A stretch of DNA of 64,000 nt from Nitrososphaeria archaeon (GCA_963752255.1 CAVVXT010000019.1:64001-128000), one strand, 5' to 3'; shown: positions 29,722 to 41,826, numbered from the stretch's first letter. The notes: generated from the letters alone by a model not told the origin. Numbers and translations: made by a program.

Positions 29722-29812
29722 CGATGATTTTTACAGTTTTCCATATAAGAATATCTTCAAAAAATAAGTAAGCTTTTATAATAAGGCATATCCCTTTGGG
29801 GGACGAAGCGTA

Positions 29813-31276
29813 ATGGAACACTTAAAGTTTACAAGGAGCCTGTGCCCCATATGTTTTAACGTCATTCCAGCGGAGCTGTTTGCTGAGAACAACGTTGTAT
29901 ATATGAGAAAGAAGTGTGAAGAACACGGGGAATTTGAAGATATTTACATGTCAGATTACAGATGGTATAAGAGAGCTCAGCGTTTCGAGCGACTAGGTGG
30001 AGGAATAAGTAATCCTAGAACAAGAAGGAAGATAGGTTGCCCGCGCGACTGTGGCATATGTAATGAACACAAATCCCAAACTCTCCTAGGCATAATTGAT
30101 GTCACAAACGCATGTAACCTCAGATGTCCGATATGTTTTGCAAACGCTGCCGCAGTAGGATACCTCTATCAACCAACTTTGGAACAGATTAAAGGAATGC
30201 TTGATAATCTGTACCATAACACGCCCGTTCCAACATTAGCTGTTCAACTTAGTGGTGGTGAACCAACTTTAAGGGATGACCTACCGGAAATAATAAGTTA
30301 TGCGGGGAAGATAGGCATACCCCATGTTGAGGTCAACACGAATGGTGTGAGGATAGCCAGGGACGTTGACTATCTTAAGAAGCTTATAGAGGGGGGAGTC
30401 AGCACTTTTTACCTTTCGTTTGACAGTTTGACAAAGGAAGCTTATTTGAAGATGAAAGGTGCCGATCTACTTGACTTAAAGCACAAGGCTTTACAGAATA
30501 TTCGAGAAGCTGGTTTCCACAGCGTAGTGCTTGTGCCAACCATTGTAAAGGGGATAAACGACAGTGAAATAGGTTCAATTATAGAATTCGGTATAAAAAA
30601 CAGCGACATAGTGAGGTGTGTGAACTTCCAGCCAGTATCTTTTGCAGGCAGGATAGAGACTTCAAAGTTGAAGGAATTCAGAGTGACAACTTCAGATATA
30701 ATAAACAACGCTGAAAAACAGACGTACGGTAAGATTAAAATGGATGACTGGTATCCAGTTCCCTTCATTGCACCAATATCGGATTTCATAGCTGGATTGA
30801 AAGGGGAACCTCAACCAACTTTTACCGTTCACCAGAATTGTGGCGCAGCGACATTCTTGGTCGCAGAGGATAATGGTAACAGCTACGAGCCTGTGACCAA
30901 ATACGCGAATGTAGAAAGATTCGTGCAAGACTTATCAAAGGCAGCGGTGGCGCTGCAATCAGGTAAAAGGACGCAGGGGAAACTTAGAGCCGCTTCCGCA
31001 CTTAGACACGTCAGTCTAGGGCTGTCTACTTCATTAGTAAAAGGCTTTCTTTCAAACGGGACCTACAATTCGCTTGGTAAGTTCATGAGAAAAATAGTAA
31101 TGGTTGGCGACATGCACTTTATGGACCCATACAACTTTGACCTTGAAAGGGTTGAGAGATGCGGAATTCATTACGCAACGCCTGACGGAAGAATAATACC
31201 CTTCTGCACAATGAACACGCTCTACAGACCAGAAATTGAGAAGGCTTTTTCTATAGCGTACAATAAGAAAGAATAA
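29813..31276 (+). CDS. tes: Tetraether lipid synthase (GDGT macrocyclase, radical SAM)
   Basis: N-terminal SLCP.C and C.EHG, GCP.DCG.C..H, CNLRCPICFA, FQPVSF.GR, H..CG, RC.IHYATPDG.IIPFC. Confidence 0.9.
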   Translation: MEHLKFTRSLCPICFNVIPAELFAENNVVYMRKKCEEHGEFEDIYMSDYRWYKRAQRFERLGGGISNPRTRRKIGCPRDCGICNEHKSQTLLGIIDVTNACNLRCPICFANAAAVGYLYQPTLEQIKGMLDNLYHNTPVPTLAVQLSGGEPTLRDDLPEIISYAGKIGIPHVEVNTNGVRIARDVDYLKKLIEGGVSTFYLSFDSLTKEAYLKMKGADLLDLKHKALQNIREAGFHSVVLVPTIVKGINDSEIGSIIEFGIKNSDIVRCVNFQPVSFAGRIETSKLKEFRVTTSDIINNAEKQTYGKIKMDDWYPVPFIAPISDFIAGLKGEPQPTFTVHQNCGAATFLVAEDNGNSYEPVTKYANVERFVQDLSKAAVALQSGKRTQGKLRAASALRHVSLGLSTSLVKGFLSNGTYNSLGKFMRKIVMVGDMHFMDPYNFDLERVERCGIHYATPDGRIIPFCTMNTLYRPEIEKAFSIAYNKKE

Positions 31277-31281
31277 GATAG

Positions 31282-33902
31282 CTACCGTCTAATTCTGCCC
31301 AAGACTATCGCACACCCAATCATGACAATGATAGCGATAATGATAGGAATCAAGTATCTCGCGGTCAAATTTTCTGAAACTGTTAAAGACAGCGACGTCG
31401 GAAGTGAAGTAATGGTTTCACCTTTGAAGCTATAATATATCTTTGTCGTATTAATCTGATAGGCTCTAGGTGATGAAGAAGACATATATAGAATGCTTGA
31501 TTCCTGCTTTCCTCCTTCAAGGGTTGAAATCTGAACCGTATCCGATCCATTGAGTATTTTAAATTGCGAAGGTAACAGCACCTTGTACGAGATATTATTT
31601 ACTGTAACATTTGCGACGTTGTTTGTTGTTACCTCTATTTTAATAGGCTTTCCTTCAACAGCCTCACCAACTTGGTTCAATGTTACCTGCGGAGGTGAAT
31701 AAGATGTTACAAGAATTGTCTGAGAGCTTACGTTCATGCTTCTTCCTGCAAAGAAGAACGTGGCGTTAGATGAAATATCGTTTGTACCGACACCGTTGAA
31801 CATAAGGTTAAAATCGATTTTTTCTTGTGAGCCTGCTCTCATAAGAGCAGTTGTAAAGTTAGAGGATGTTACCGTAAGATTGGGACCAGTGTTCAGTTGC
31901 GTTTCTAACCTGAACACATTTTGGTCTCCATTATTGTTAACTACATAATATCCTGTTGTATTATACGTAGCGAAAGCGGCCCTATCTGCCAAGTTAAGTG
32001 AAATTGATAGAGCTAAAGGTACGCCCTCAGACGTGCTTACAGCCGTAAACGTTATTCCCCCAACTTGGTAAAAAGATGAGGCTGGCGGAAGGACATAGTT
32101 TCTGCCGAGGTCTTCGACTTCACATAAGTAGGTGTAATTCATTGTCTCAGAACTATTGATGCTGTTGACAAGCTTTGTAAGAACTCCATTTTTTTCTGAA
32201 AAACTACCGTTGATGAAGTTTAACCCAGAAGGTAGGCTGTCCGTTATCGTCACATTTGAAGCCTTCGCTACGCCCAAATTTTGGGCGTTAACACTGAAGT
32301 TTAGAAAAAATTTTCCTCCTACAGTTAATTGGTCTACTTCCTTTGTGAGATTTATCATTGGAATGTTCATGGTGTCGAACGAGTTTATGAGGGTTATGTT
32401 GTTTGACCTACTAGATCTTGTCTGAGAGCTATCCGACCAAGAACAGATATAATATTTTTCCGAATTGGGGGATGAAATGTTGTTTAGGGACGCTTGTATT
32501 ATTGCCTGTGAGCTTTCACCTGCTGGTAGAAGGCTTAGAAACTGTCCGCCGAAAGTAAGGTTAAAGGCCGCAAACTTGCCTTCATTTGAAACTCTGACTG
32601 TGACCTGTTTTGGGGTTCCGAAGCTGGTTAGAGCCGTCGAAGTCTGGGCTGTTACGTAGACAGATGGCCCGTTTTGGTTAAGGGTGAGGTATAGATCATT
32701 CGTTGAAGAGAGAAGTTGCGTTGTTTCCCCCCGACATTCCAATAATATATAACACTTAATGGAGGAACATAATATTCTTCGGCGGAGCTCGACGTCAATT
32801 TGATTCTATAAACTATGGTGTGATTCCCTCCTGGCGCTAGGGAATCGATTTTACCTGACGAATTTCCTGCGGTAAGGGTGAATATTCCATCCTTTGACCA
32901 CCAGTCATCGTTATAGGAGATATTAGATGCTGTCGAAGTACCTATGTTCTCTATATTGAGCCGAACCTCCATTTCTTCGTTTACGTTAAGTGTTCCCTGG
33001 GAAAACTCTCTGTATGAGATAATAGAAGGTGCGCCTGATGAAAGTGTAACATTTGGAAATGAAAGGCGGCCCTCTGCTGGAACAGAAATGGAGAGTTCGG
33101 ATGTCTTTAACTGAAGATTCCTATTTATGGTGCCTGCGTCGCTTGAAACTATTATCGGACCGTATGTTATTAGTTTGAAGCTGCTTAGATTAGATTGATT
33201 AGAGGCATTGACATTCTGCTGTCCAAAGAACTCGGTGCCGATGTTAACAGTATTACCTATCGAGATTTGTGGAAAGATTAAATCTACGATGATGCTTCTT
33301 TCGAAGCTTCCACCGCTATTCCTTCCTATCAAGGTGAACTGAGAGATCGTGTTAGTCTCTAGTTCTGAAAGAGTAACCAGGCTGCTAAATCCTCCATATG
33401 ATTGCGGATACATTGACCAGATGAAGCTATTTAGTACTTCGTCAAAGTTTGACGGCGCCGCAAACACATATGTGCCTCCAAAAGTACCGTATGGTGAGAA
33501 AGAGAGACCGGTGAAGTTTCCAAGGTTAGAAGCAAATTGGCTTGCAGAATTAAAGGAGTCCGCTTTGACATAGAGAAATGCACTATCCGACGACACATAT
33601 TTAGATAAAGTCAAATTGTATCCCAAGTTTGAAAAGTAGATGTATTCGGTTGGCCAAGAGTTGAATCTACCAATAAAAAGCTTATAGTATGAAACGTCGG
33701 GAAAAGAGGATTCGACGGTTTTTATTCCGTTAAAATCTATTCCTGTTCCAGTAAAGTTGAATCGAAGAAGAGCATTGTTACTTATTAAATAAATTGAAAT
33801 ATTTTCATTGTAAACATTCACCGACTGAGCGTAGCTTAATGGGACAATAAAGACAGTAATCATAATTAATAAAATAATTATTGATATAACCTTTCTTTGC
33901 AT
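31282..33902 (-). CDS. Large secreted S-layer/BatD-DUF11-like protein with C-terminal TM anchor, split by a -1 indel in a G-run (~32728-32733)
   Basis: Signal peptide, N.G...A.N..I.D Ig-like motifs, many N-glycosylation sequons, terminal TM + RIRR. Confidence 0.7.
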
Positions 33903-33960
33903 ACCTCGACCTATTCAAACTTTCCTATATATATTATTATAAGAGGAACTACCCTGAACT

Positions 33961-34950
33961 TTACTTCTTTGACTCTTCTGGATCAGCTATGCCGCCTTCA
34001 GTTAATGTGAAGATGGTGTCAGCTTCAGCATGATATGGACTATCGACGATACGAGCTATCCTGTTCTTACCCGATTTTCTCAAATAGATCCGATACGTGC
34101 TTGAATGCGCCATTATGTGACCACCCGTAGGCCTAGTTGGGTCTCCAAAGAAGCTGTCCGGTGCGGCTTGAACCTGGTTTGTTATAACAACCGCGATATG
34201 ATATATTTCGGAAAGCCTTATCAGAGTGTGAAGATACCTGTTGAGCCTCTGCTGTCTGTCCGCTAAGGTTCCTCTTCCCAAAAACTCTGATCTGAAGTGT
34301 GTCATCGAAGAATCAACTATCACAAGCTTGCACTTTTCCTTTTCAATATAGTTTGGAATTTCTCTGGTCAAGAGTTCCTGATGGCTAGTATTATAGGCTT
34401 TCCCGACAAATATACGTTTTAGAACTTCATCCGGATCAAGTCCCTTGTTTTCAGCTATGGAAACAATTCTTTCAGGTCTGAAGGTGTTCTCAGTGTCTAT
34501 GTAAACGGCTCCAGAACTTAATCCTTTTTTCTCCTTAGGCAGCTGGACAGTTACACATAGAGTGTGACAGATCTGGGTCTTGCCTGTTCCGAATTCACCA
34601 TAAAATTCCGTTAGAGCTTCGACTTCTATTCCACCGCTTAAAAGATTGTCTACATTATTGGACCCTGTGGTTATCCTCTCAATCATTAATCTACGTTTAA
34701 GAACGTCACTCGCAAGGGAGAACTGGCTTTCCATTAATCCTAGTTCGGTCAACTTCTTTCTAGAACGGTTTGACATTTCAACAGCTTTATCATAGTTTAT
34801 GCCAAGAGTTTCTGAAAGCTCAACTGGACCTAGGGTCATCAACTGCCTGATATCACATATTCCTGCAGCGTAGAGCTTGTCCCTTGTGACGGGTCCGATT
34901 CCATCTATGCTCTCTACATCTAGTTCGTCTTCTTCTACCAACTTACTCAT
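33961..34950 (-). CDS. radA: DNA repair and recombination protein RadA
   Basis: N-terminal HhH domain, GEFGTGKT, YIDTENTFRPER, GRGTLADRQQ, TNQV. Confidence 0.97.
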   Translation of the reverse strand: MSKLVEEDELDVESIDGIGPVTRDKLYAAGICDIRQLMTLGPVELSETLGINYDKAVEMSNRSRKKLTELGLMESQFSLASDVLKRRLMIERITTGSNNVDNLLSGGIEVEALTEFYGEFGTGKTQICHTLCVTVQLPKEKKGLSSGAVYIDTENTFRPERIVSIAENKGLDPDEVLKRIFVGKAYNTSHQELLTREIPNYIEKEKCKLVIVDSSMTHFRSEFLGRGTLADRQQRLNRYLHTLIRLSEIYHIAVVITNQVQAAPDSFFGDPTRPTGGHIMAHSSTYRIYLRKSGKNRIARIVDSPYHAEADTIFTLTEGGIADPEESKK

Positions 34951-34986
34951 AAGGGTATAGAATGGGGTTGTTTTTAATCTATCTTT

Positions 34987-36300
34987 TTATGGGTTGAGAC
35001 GCGTCAGTGTCCTTGGAAACAGTGAAGCAGCACGGATATGTTTGAGACCGCACAGCCATCTTGTCAATCTTTCAACACCAAGCCCAAATCCTGAATGCGG
35101 CGGCAACCCGTACTTTCTGAGCTCCAGATACCATTCAAAACTCTGTTTCGGAAGCTCTTGCTGCAAAACCCTTCTTTCAAGTTCTTGATAGTCACTCAAC
35201 CTTTGTCCTCCGGTTGTTATTTCGCCATAACCTTCAGGCGCGATGAGGTCAGAAGACAATGTGACCCTATCGTTATCCGGTTTCGTCATATGGTAGAAAC
35301 TTCTTGCGGAGAGTGGAAATTCTTTAACGAAGACAGGTTTGTCGAACTCGTTTGAAATTATTTTTTCACCTTCTGTCGGAATATCTTCCCCCCATTCGAA
35401 ATTCACACCCTTTTTAATAAGAAGATTTCTTGCCTCATCATATGTTATCCTATAGAACGGCAGTTCTGGGGGGATAAACTTTCTTCCTAAAATCTTTAAC
35501 TCGAACGAGCATTCTTGAGCTACTCTTTGTGCTATGCTACAGATTAGTTCTTCCTCTAAACGCATGATGTCCTCGTGCGTTGCGAAAGCTACTTCAGATT
35601 CTATCATCCAAAATTCCGTAAGATGTTTTGATGTCTTCGATTTTTCTGCTCTAAAGCACGGCTCAACGGTCCAAACTCTTTCAAGCGCAAATATCGCCGC
35701 TTCCTCATATAGTTGAGCGCTCTGCGTCAGGTAGGCCTTTTGCCCAAAGTAGTCAACTTGAAAAAGTGTAGATCCCCCTTCACATGCAGACTGCACAATC
35801 GATGGAGCGCTAATTAAGTAGAAGCTGTTCCTAAAGAAATAGTCCGCAGTTGCCTCGATGACTTTTGATCTGACCTTTATAGCTGAAGAAGCTTTCTTCC
35901 CCCTTATCGAGAGGTGCCTCATGTCATACAGGTAAGAAGGAGACTTTACCGCACTTTTTGTAATGGGCCAGACATCTGATTTTGCTATAACTTCAAGACT
36001 GTCGGCGACTATTTCTAAACCATATGGCGCCCTTTTATCCACCTTAGTTTTTCCACTGATCTTTACAGCCGATTCGATAGTCAGATTCTTAACCTCTCCA
36101 AATACAGAGGGCGATACATTTCCTTTCTTGACAGTTGTCTGGATAAATCCACTGCCATCCCTTATGGTGAGAAAGATCATCCCCCCTATCCAACTCTTAT
36201 TCTGAACCCATCCTAAGATTGTTGCCTGTTGCGCTCTTTGATCAGAAATAAGTTCTCTTATTGTATGGGTTCTTCCACCGACCTTAAATTTTGTGCTCAA
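34987..36300 (-). CDS. asnS: Asparagine--tRNA ligase
   Basis: OB-fold RDGSG, CEGGSTLF, LTQSAQLY.EA, FRAEKS.T..HLTEFW, PHSGFGLGVER. Confidence 0.88.
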   Translation of the reverse strand: MSTKFKVGGRTHTIRELISDQRAQQATILGWVQNKSWIGGMIFLTIRDGSGFIQTTVKKGNVSPSVFGEVKNLTIESAVKISGKTKVDKRAPYGLEIVADSLEVIAKSDVWPITKSAVKSPSYLYDMRHLSIRGKKASSAIKVRSKVIEATADYFFRNSFYLISAPSIVQSACEGGSTLFQVDYFGQKAYLTQSAQLYEEAAIFALERVWTVEPCFRAEKSKTSKHLTEFWMIESEVAFATHEDIMRLEEELICSIAQRVAQECSFELKILGRKFIPPELPFYRITYDEARNLLIKKGVNFEWGEDIPTEGEKIISNEFDKPVFVKEFPLSARSFYHMTKPDNDRVTLSSDLIAPEGYGEITTGGQRLSDYQELERRVLQQELPKQSFEWYLELRKYGLPPHSGFGLGVERLTRWLCGLKHIRAASLFPRTLTRLNP

Positions 36301-36593
36301 TCGCAGTCTATGTAAAAGTTATAAATTTAAAATTTTAATATTCCTTTAAGAATTTTTGTCGATGGGAATAGGTGCCTTAGATCACCGGATTAGAATCTGA
36401 TTTGAAGCTCACCTTTCTCCACAGATCTTAAGCCTTACTATTGCTATTTCTTGCTTCCCTAGTTCAGTCCTCCTGATCCTTCAGCCATCAGTCTTTGGTG
36501 GAGTGGTCATGGACTGTGTTGTTCACATATGCTTGCATGGCGCAATTTTTTTGGCGAATCTAGAAATTTCTAATGCCCATCTTTTAATCGGGT

Positions 36594-37768
36594 TTAGTTG
36601 AAATATTTTGTAATTTGATCGACAGTGTACTTTACCCCATCCATTCGATTAGCAATCTTTGATAGGGAAGAAATATTTGAAGCGAACGAGTAATCGGTTA
36701 AAAGTGTGTCGATTCCGTCTGTTAGTCTTTGCCCATCTAAATTCTTGAGCTCGGCCATTCTTCCTATACCAAGTTTGTGCACTTTACGTGCGTTTGCGTA
36801 CTGTTCTGTATGATTTTCTATAGGGATGACAATCATCGGTTTACCGTAAATTATGCCATTAGCTATTGAAGAATGCCCTCCTCTTATTACCGCAACATCT
36901 GCCAAAGAAAAGAAACCTTGCACGTCTTCACACCAATTGTAGATGAATCCGCCTTCTATCTCCGAACGTTGTACTAGACCGGCGGGTTGTCCTAGTGCAA
37001 TAACATAAACACGCCGGTTGGAAGTTTCTTTCGCTGCGGTAACCAACTGATTTAGAACAGGCCTAATCGTCGTAACCGGACCGCTTAACGGAGCGAAGAC
37101 AAGTGTTTTTCTCCTTTTTTCAGTCATTTTATTCACTAGCTCTTCAGTCTTCTTACTTGGGTGCGATCCATTGCGTGCCAGAAAGCCGATGAATTTTTCT
37201 TTCCCTTTAACAGCAGTTACATCGCAAAGATTCTCTTCAGATATGGTATATGGGGGAGGCAGATCTGGAAAAAGCAGTTCATCCGAAGTCCTCCACAACA
37301 TGCCTAGAACGTTCGCTTCCAAGTTCTCTAGCCATTTAATCGATCTCTTTTTCCTCGCGCAAGTCGCTAAGATTCTGAGCTGATTCGTTATCGCTATAGT
37401 TTTTATGCCAAACATCTTTGCAGCTAAAAGAGCATCCAATCTATAGAATCCGAAACTAAAACATCAGGACGCACTTTCCCGATAATGGAAAGCTCTTTCT
37501 CTAGATAGTGGTAGGTGACCGAGGACAAATTTTTTGATCGGGAAATCAGTTCATAAAAACTAAATGATCCTTCGGCTGTCCACAGATGCTTGAAGTCCTC
37601 TAAACACCAACCCTTTAAGCCTAGGGAAGTAAAATAGCTCGCAGGCACACCGCTTGAAGAGAAGGTCACCTCAAAACCTTTATCCTTAAGTGTCGCAGCA
37701 ATATTTCTCATTCTCATAGCGTGGCCGAAGCCTATGCCTAAGAAAGAGATATGCACCTTACGATGCAA
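36594..37768 (-). CDS. GT-B glycosyltransferase (MurG/MJ1255-like), split by an indel at ~37440
   Basis: GIGFGHAMR, PDVLVSDS, ITNQ, RGGHSS, H.EQ..NA. Confidence 0.8.
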
Positions 37769-38376
37769 TTATGCTCTCTTCCTGAGACGCTGCCATCCTT
37801 TTTTTCTTCAAAAATTACTGCATTAAACTTGTAGACCTTAACTCCTTTTTTCAGCCAAGAATCTGGTGTAGCACCAGCCTTCATGCATACATTTTCAAGA
37901 TATTCGTTAGAATCCCACCCGTATTCCCCAGCCACCTGTGGCAGAAGAAGACCTGAACCCCATTCCCATTCAAATACTAGGCCATCTTCACCTACCTTAA
38001 TTTGTTGAGGGTATTCGAGAGGAGATTTAACGTTCACCAATTCCAGTGGTGTTAAAACGCTTACTTCAATAAGAACTTTATCCAATTCATTCTTTCTCAT
38101 TGGATTAAATCTTGGGTCTTCAGTTGCAGCTGCTATGGCTGCGTCAACCACTGCGTCGGCTAAAGGTAAAAGTGGGGTTGGGTAACCTATGCACCCCCTT
38201 AGTTCAGTTACTTTACCTTTTACACGATTTATTGTAACGAATACGCCACATTTTTCAGAAAATTTTTCTCTCACATCTTCTGGAGCAACATATCTTACTT
38301 TGTCGCTCACATATTCTTCAATAGCCTTTCTAGCCTGCTGTACTAGGAGTTTTCCATCTTCATCTGAAAGTTCCAA
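37738..38376 (-). CDS. AMMECR1 family protein (AmmeMemoRadiSam protein A)
   Basis: GVFVT, LRGCIG, DPRF, EVSVLT, GLLLPQV. Confidence 0.93.
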   Translation of the reverse strand: MELSDEDGKLLVQQARKAIEEYVSDKVRYVAPEDVREKFSEKCGVFVTINRVKGKVTELRGCIGYPTPLLPLADAVVDAAIAAATEDPRFNPMRKNELDKVLIEVSVLTPLELVNVKSPLEYPQQIKVGEDGLVFEWEWGSGLLLPQVAGEYGWDSNEYLENVCMKAGATPDSWLKKGVKVYKFNAVIFEEKKDGSVSGREHNCIVRCISLS

Positions 38377-38393
38377 AATTTGACTCCACCTAC

Positions 38394-38867
38394 TTACGAA
38401 TCATTTAATCTTTTCTTAAGTGTTTCCTCAAAATTGCGTATCTTAGCCCAGTGGGAACCGTACCAATAGATTCTACCGCAATTCTCACATTTGTAGAAAA
38501 TCCTCTTTCGCCTTAGAACCCCTTCCGGAACCCCCTCCGCTTGTGACTTGCTTATTTTTATCAGCATCGAGTTACAGTGTGGGCATCTAGAGCGTTTGGG
38601 ATTCAGGTTTGGTTTCAGCCTGTAGGTTCTAAATATCTTCGTCATTCTCGAGACATCGCTGTCTAAAGGTGCTTCGACTACAGGAATCCTTTCAGAATAT
38701 GCTCTCTCGATTAGGTTCTTGTCGGAGGTTATGATTATCCGTTCTTCTTTCTGTGCTGTGGCAAGAATGGTGTCATCATCCAAATTTGCTTCGTAGAGAG
38801 TGTCGAAGCCGTATATTCTCATCTTCCTCGCCAGTTTGCCGTGCATGCAGTCAACTATAAACTTCAT
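38394..38867 (-). CDS. Mut7-C RNase domain protein
   Basis: F.VD.M.GKLAR..R..G.DT, RCP.CN, C..CG..YW.GSH. Confidence 0.9.
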   Translation of the reverse strand: MKFIVDCMHGKLARKMRIYGFDTLYEANLDDDTILATAQKEERIIITSDKNLIERAYSERIPVVEAPLDSDVSRMTKIFRTYRLKPNLNPKRSRCPHCNSMLIKISKSQAEGVPEGVLRRKRIFYKCENCGRIYWYGSHWAKIRNFEETLKKRLNDS

Positions 38868-40177
38868 TTAGGCTCGACTATCTTTCCATTTCCGACAGAG
38901 GTTAGCCCATCTTCCATCGAGAAGGCCGTTTTACCTCTGACGATCGTCCTTTCAACCTGAGTTTCAGCCTTAAACCCTTCAAATGGTGAAAATTTTGCTT
39001 TCGAGAAGAACTTTGAAGGATCAACAGAATATTCAGGAACAAATCGTATGAAAGTAAGGTTCGCCATCATACCCTTATCTATTGACCCATGTTTTTTCAA
39101 TCCAAAAAAGCTGGCGGGATTAGATGTCAGACATCTAACCAAGCTGGAAAAAGGTAGAAATCCCTTCTTCGAGAGGGTGAAAAGGACGCAAACAGCCGTT
39201 TCTAGACCTGGGAACCCTGGTATCGGATTTTCAGAAAGCTTTTCTGAAAGCGCGTGCGGAGCATGATCGGTGCCTATTATATCGATCTGACCTCTCCACA
39301 TGGAGTTCCTTAAGGCAACCACATCTGAACGTTTTCTAAGAGGTGGTTCGAGCGTACATATTTTACTGCATTGCCCAAGAACAGAATCGTCTAAGGTAAG
39401 ATGTGAAGGTGTGGCCTCAATTGAGAGATTCCTATTATATTCTTTTGCGCTTGATATTTCCCTGATACCATTTATGGTGGAGACATGGCAAAACCGTATT
39501 TTCAATGGAAAACCTTGACACAACCTCAAAATCCTATCTATCATTGAATATTCAGCTTCCTCGGTATGAGCTTTTGCGTGGTCTTTTGCATCATACTTTT
39601 CATTAAGCTTGCCGATCTTGTCTGGATCCTCAGCGTGTATAGATAATGGAAGATTCGTTGCTTTGATTTCTTCGAACAGCTCTATCAGATTTTCTTCCTT
39701 TGAGAAATCCATGTCTTCAAAGACCTTATGCGTATAGATCTTGAACCCTACACATCCAGCTTTAGCGAGTTCTCGGACATTTTTGAGGTCAGTTGGCATC
39801 GCGTAAAGTCCCACATCACACATGATCTTCTTGTCCGCGAGGGTTTTTCTCATAACTATACGTTCCGGTGTTGAGACAGGTGGAACATTATTGGGCATGT
39901 CTAAAACAACCGTGAAACCGCCTGCAACCGCTGAACTAGTGCCGCTTTCAAAGCTTTCTTTATAAGCTAAAGGTCCATCACGAAGGTGGACATGGCTGTC
40001 TATTAAGCCAGGTAGAACTATAGCTCCTTTTGCATCAATAACCTCGTCGACGTTTACTTCTGCCGTCTTCCTTACGACGCCTTTTATGGTATCGTCTTCG
40101 ATTACGATATCTTTCTCCACTATTCTCTCGTGTATCCAAGTTCTTCCATTTATAATACGAGACAGCAAGCCTACCAC
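38864..40177 (-). CDS. pyrC: Dihydroorotase
   Basis: PG.ID.HVHLRD, DMPN, HAED, HVST, PPLR, TDHAPH, G.PGLET. Confidence 0.88.
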   Translation of the reverse strand: MVGLLSRIINGRTWIHERIVEKDIVIEDDTIKGVVRKTAEVNVDEVIDAKGAIVLPGLIDSHVHLRDGPLAYKESFESGTSSAVAGGFTVVLDMPNNVPPVSTPERIVMRKTLADKKIMCDVGLYAMPTDLKNVRELAKAGCVGFKIYTHKVFEDMDFSKEENLIELFEEIKATNLPLSIHAEDPDKIGKLNEKYDAKDHAKAHTEEAEYSMIDRILRLCQGFPLKIRFCHVSTINGIREISSAKEYNRNLSIEATPSHLTLDDSVLGQCSKICTLEPPLRKRSDVVALRNSMWRGQIDIIGTDHAPHALSEKLSENPIPGFPGLETAVCVLFTLSKKGFLPFSSLVRCLTSNPASFFGLKKHGSIDKGMMANLTFIRFVPEYSVDPSKFFSKAKFSPFEGFKAETQVERTIVRGKTAFSMEDGLTSVGNGKIVEPK

Positions 40178-40184
40178 ATGTAAA

Positions 40185-40991
40185 TTACGTTAGAAGCTGG
40201 TTGAAAAGCTCCCTTCTTCTAATTACACCTGAGAAGACTCCTTCTTGTACTACAGGATATATGACTAAGTTGGTGCCAGCTATTAGACTCGATGCCTTCT
40301 GCACAGGATCTTGGGATTTTAGCTGCTCTGTTACAAGCGTCATGATGTCGTTTGCCACATATTTTCGCAGTGCACTTTTCATGTGATGTATCTGATCATT
40401 TGAGAGGTAATTGAACAGAAAGGTTGAAAGTTCTTTTTCGCCTACAACGCCTGAGGGAATACTGTTTTGAACGACAGCGAATTCTCTCATGTCCCTATCC
40501 TTAAGTATTTCATTGATGAGTGAAGAAAGACTGGTTTCGGGAGTTGTACTGTACCCAGTTTTTATGACGTAGTTCTCAACTTTTCCTTTAAGTTCGCTTG
40601 TAAGAAGATAGATCAACAGGTTCTTAGTTAGTAAGCCAAGCACTGTCCCTTCCCCATTCAAAACGGGAAGAGCGCTTATATTTTCTCTAGCCATAATATT
40701 TACAGCTTCACCAAGAGTGCTTTTTGCATCGGTATATGTCAAGCGTTCGCTCGTAAATGCCGCTACGCTCAGGGAGGAGGGTGATATGTTACTGAACTTC
40801 TTCGAAGCTAGCTTCATAAAGACGTCCCTTAATGTCACGACCCCCATCAGCTTGTCCTTATCCTTTACAAGAACTCTGTCAAGTTTTGTCTTTTTTATTT
40901 CGTAAAACATCATCGAAATCTTCTCAGATTTCGATAGAACGCTGACCTTCGGAAGATTAAGGGTAGTTAAACTATCTTTTCTTTGCGGCAA
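40185..40991 (-). CDS. CBS domain protein
   Basis: Four divergent CBS repeats (GVVT.RD, LPV..G...GLLT). Confidence 0.8.
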   Translation of the reverse strand: MPQRKDSLTTLNLPKVSVLSKSEKISMMFYEIKKTKLDRVLVKDKDKLMGVVTLRDVFMKLASKKFSNISPSSLSVAAFTSERLTYTDAKSTLGEAVNIMARENISALPVLNGEGTVLGLLTKNLLIYLLTSELKGKVENYVIKTGYSTTPETSLSSLINEILKDRDMREFAVVQNSIPSGVVGEKELSTFLFNYLSNDQIHHMKSALRKYVANDIMTLVTEQLKSQDPVQKASSLIAGTNLVIYPVVQEGVFSGVIRRRELFNQLLT

Positions 40992-41826
40992 TTTCGAGTA
41001 CCTCCTTCTTTGAGAAGATTCCGCTAACGCGTCCTTCTGAATTTAGCACTGGAAGAGCGCCTATATCTTTTGCTACCATTATCGCAGCCGCATTTTGAAC
41101 AGTTTCATTCTCGTGTACGATAATGACAGGACTTGACATAATGTCACCTGCAGTCGCTATAGCTATATAGCTTATTTTGTCATGCGTGGGAGCCCCACCT
41201 TTTTGAACAGAACGCATAGAATGCACTTTCTTAATTTGAGAAAATTTAGCAAAGGCCAGGTTGGCTGGGGCAATGATTCCGACCGGCTTCCCCTCTTCAT
41301 CCAGCACTATGACACGATGAGGTGGGGTTTTAAACAGTAAATCTATTACGTGGTTTACACTATGGAAAGGGGTGGTAAATGCAACATCCCTGTACATGAA
41401 ATTCTTCACCACCATGCCTGATCGTGGAAACTGGGATACATATTTTGTTATATCGTGAGTTGTTATAATCCCCGCAAGTCTTCCGTCCCATGTCACTGGC
41501 ACACCTCCAATATTCTTCTCCAACATCAGCCTTGCCGCTTCACTTATTTCTTCACTATATTCCACCGTCAAGACCTTCCGCTCCATAAAATGTCGAACCA
41601 GTAGCCGATCTATCGGTCTAACTTTAGATGAAGGCTTTGGCACTCGAAATGCTCCCGCTAGATCCTCCCTTGTTATTATACCGACGATCTTATCCCCTTC
41701 CAGAACCACTAGTCTTCCTATTTTCTTTGAAAGCATCAAATTTTTTACTCTTGCCAAGGTATCATTAGGCCCTATGACAAAAACATCTTTAGTCATAAAA
41801 TCGTTTACTGAAGTCAAACTTAACAC
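40972..41826 (-). CDS. CBS domain protein
   Basis: Four CBS repeats (GIITRED, GIITTHD, GDIMS, LPV). Confidence 0.88.
   Translation of the reverse strand: MLSLTSVNDFMTKDVFVIGPNDTLARVKNLMLSKKIGRLVVLEGDKIVGIITREDLAGAFRVPKPSSKVRPIDRLLVRHFMERKVLTVEYSEEISEAARLMLEKNIGGVPVTWDGRLAGIITTHDITKYVSQFPRSGMVVKNFMYRDVAFTTPFHSVNHVIDLLFKTPPHRVIVLDEEGKPVGIIAPANLAFAKFSQIKKVHSMRSVQKGGAPTHDKISYIAIATAGDIMSSPVIIVHENETVQNAAAIMVAKDIGALPVLNSEGRVSGIFSKKEVLEIAAKKR

Noticed and set aside
36301-36593. 290-bp intergenic gap as an ncRNA (C/D-box-like words)
   Set aside because: No convincing box C/D pair, tRNA fold or SRP/RNase P motif could be seen.
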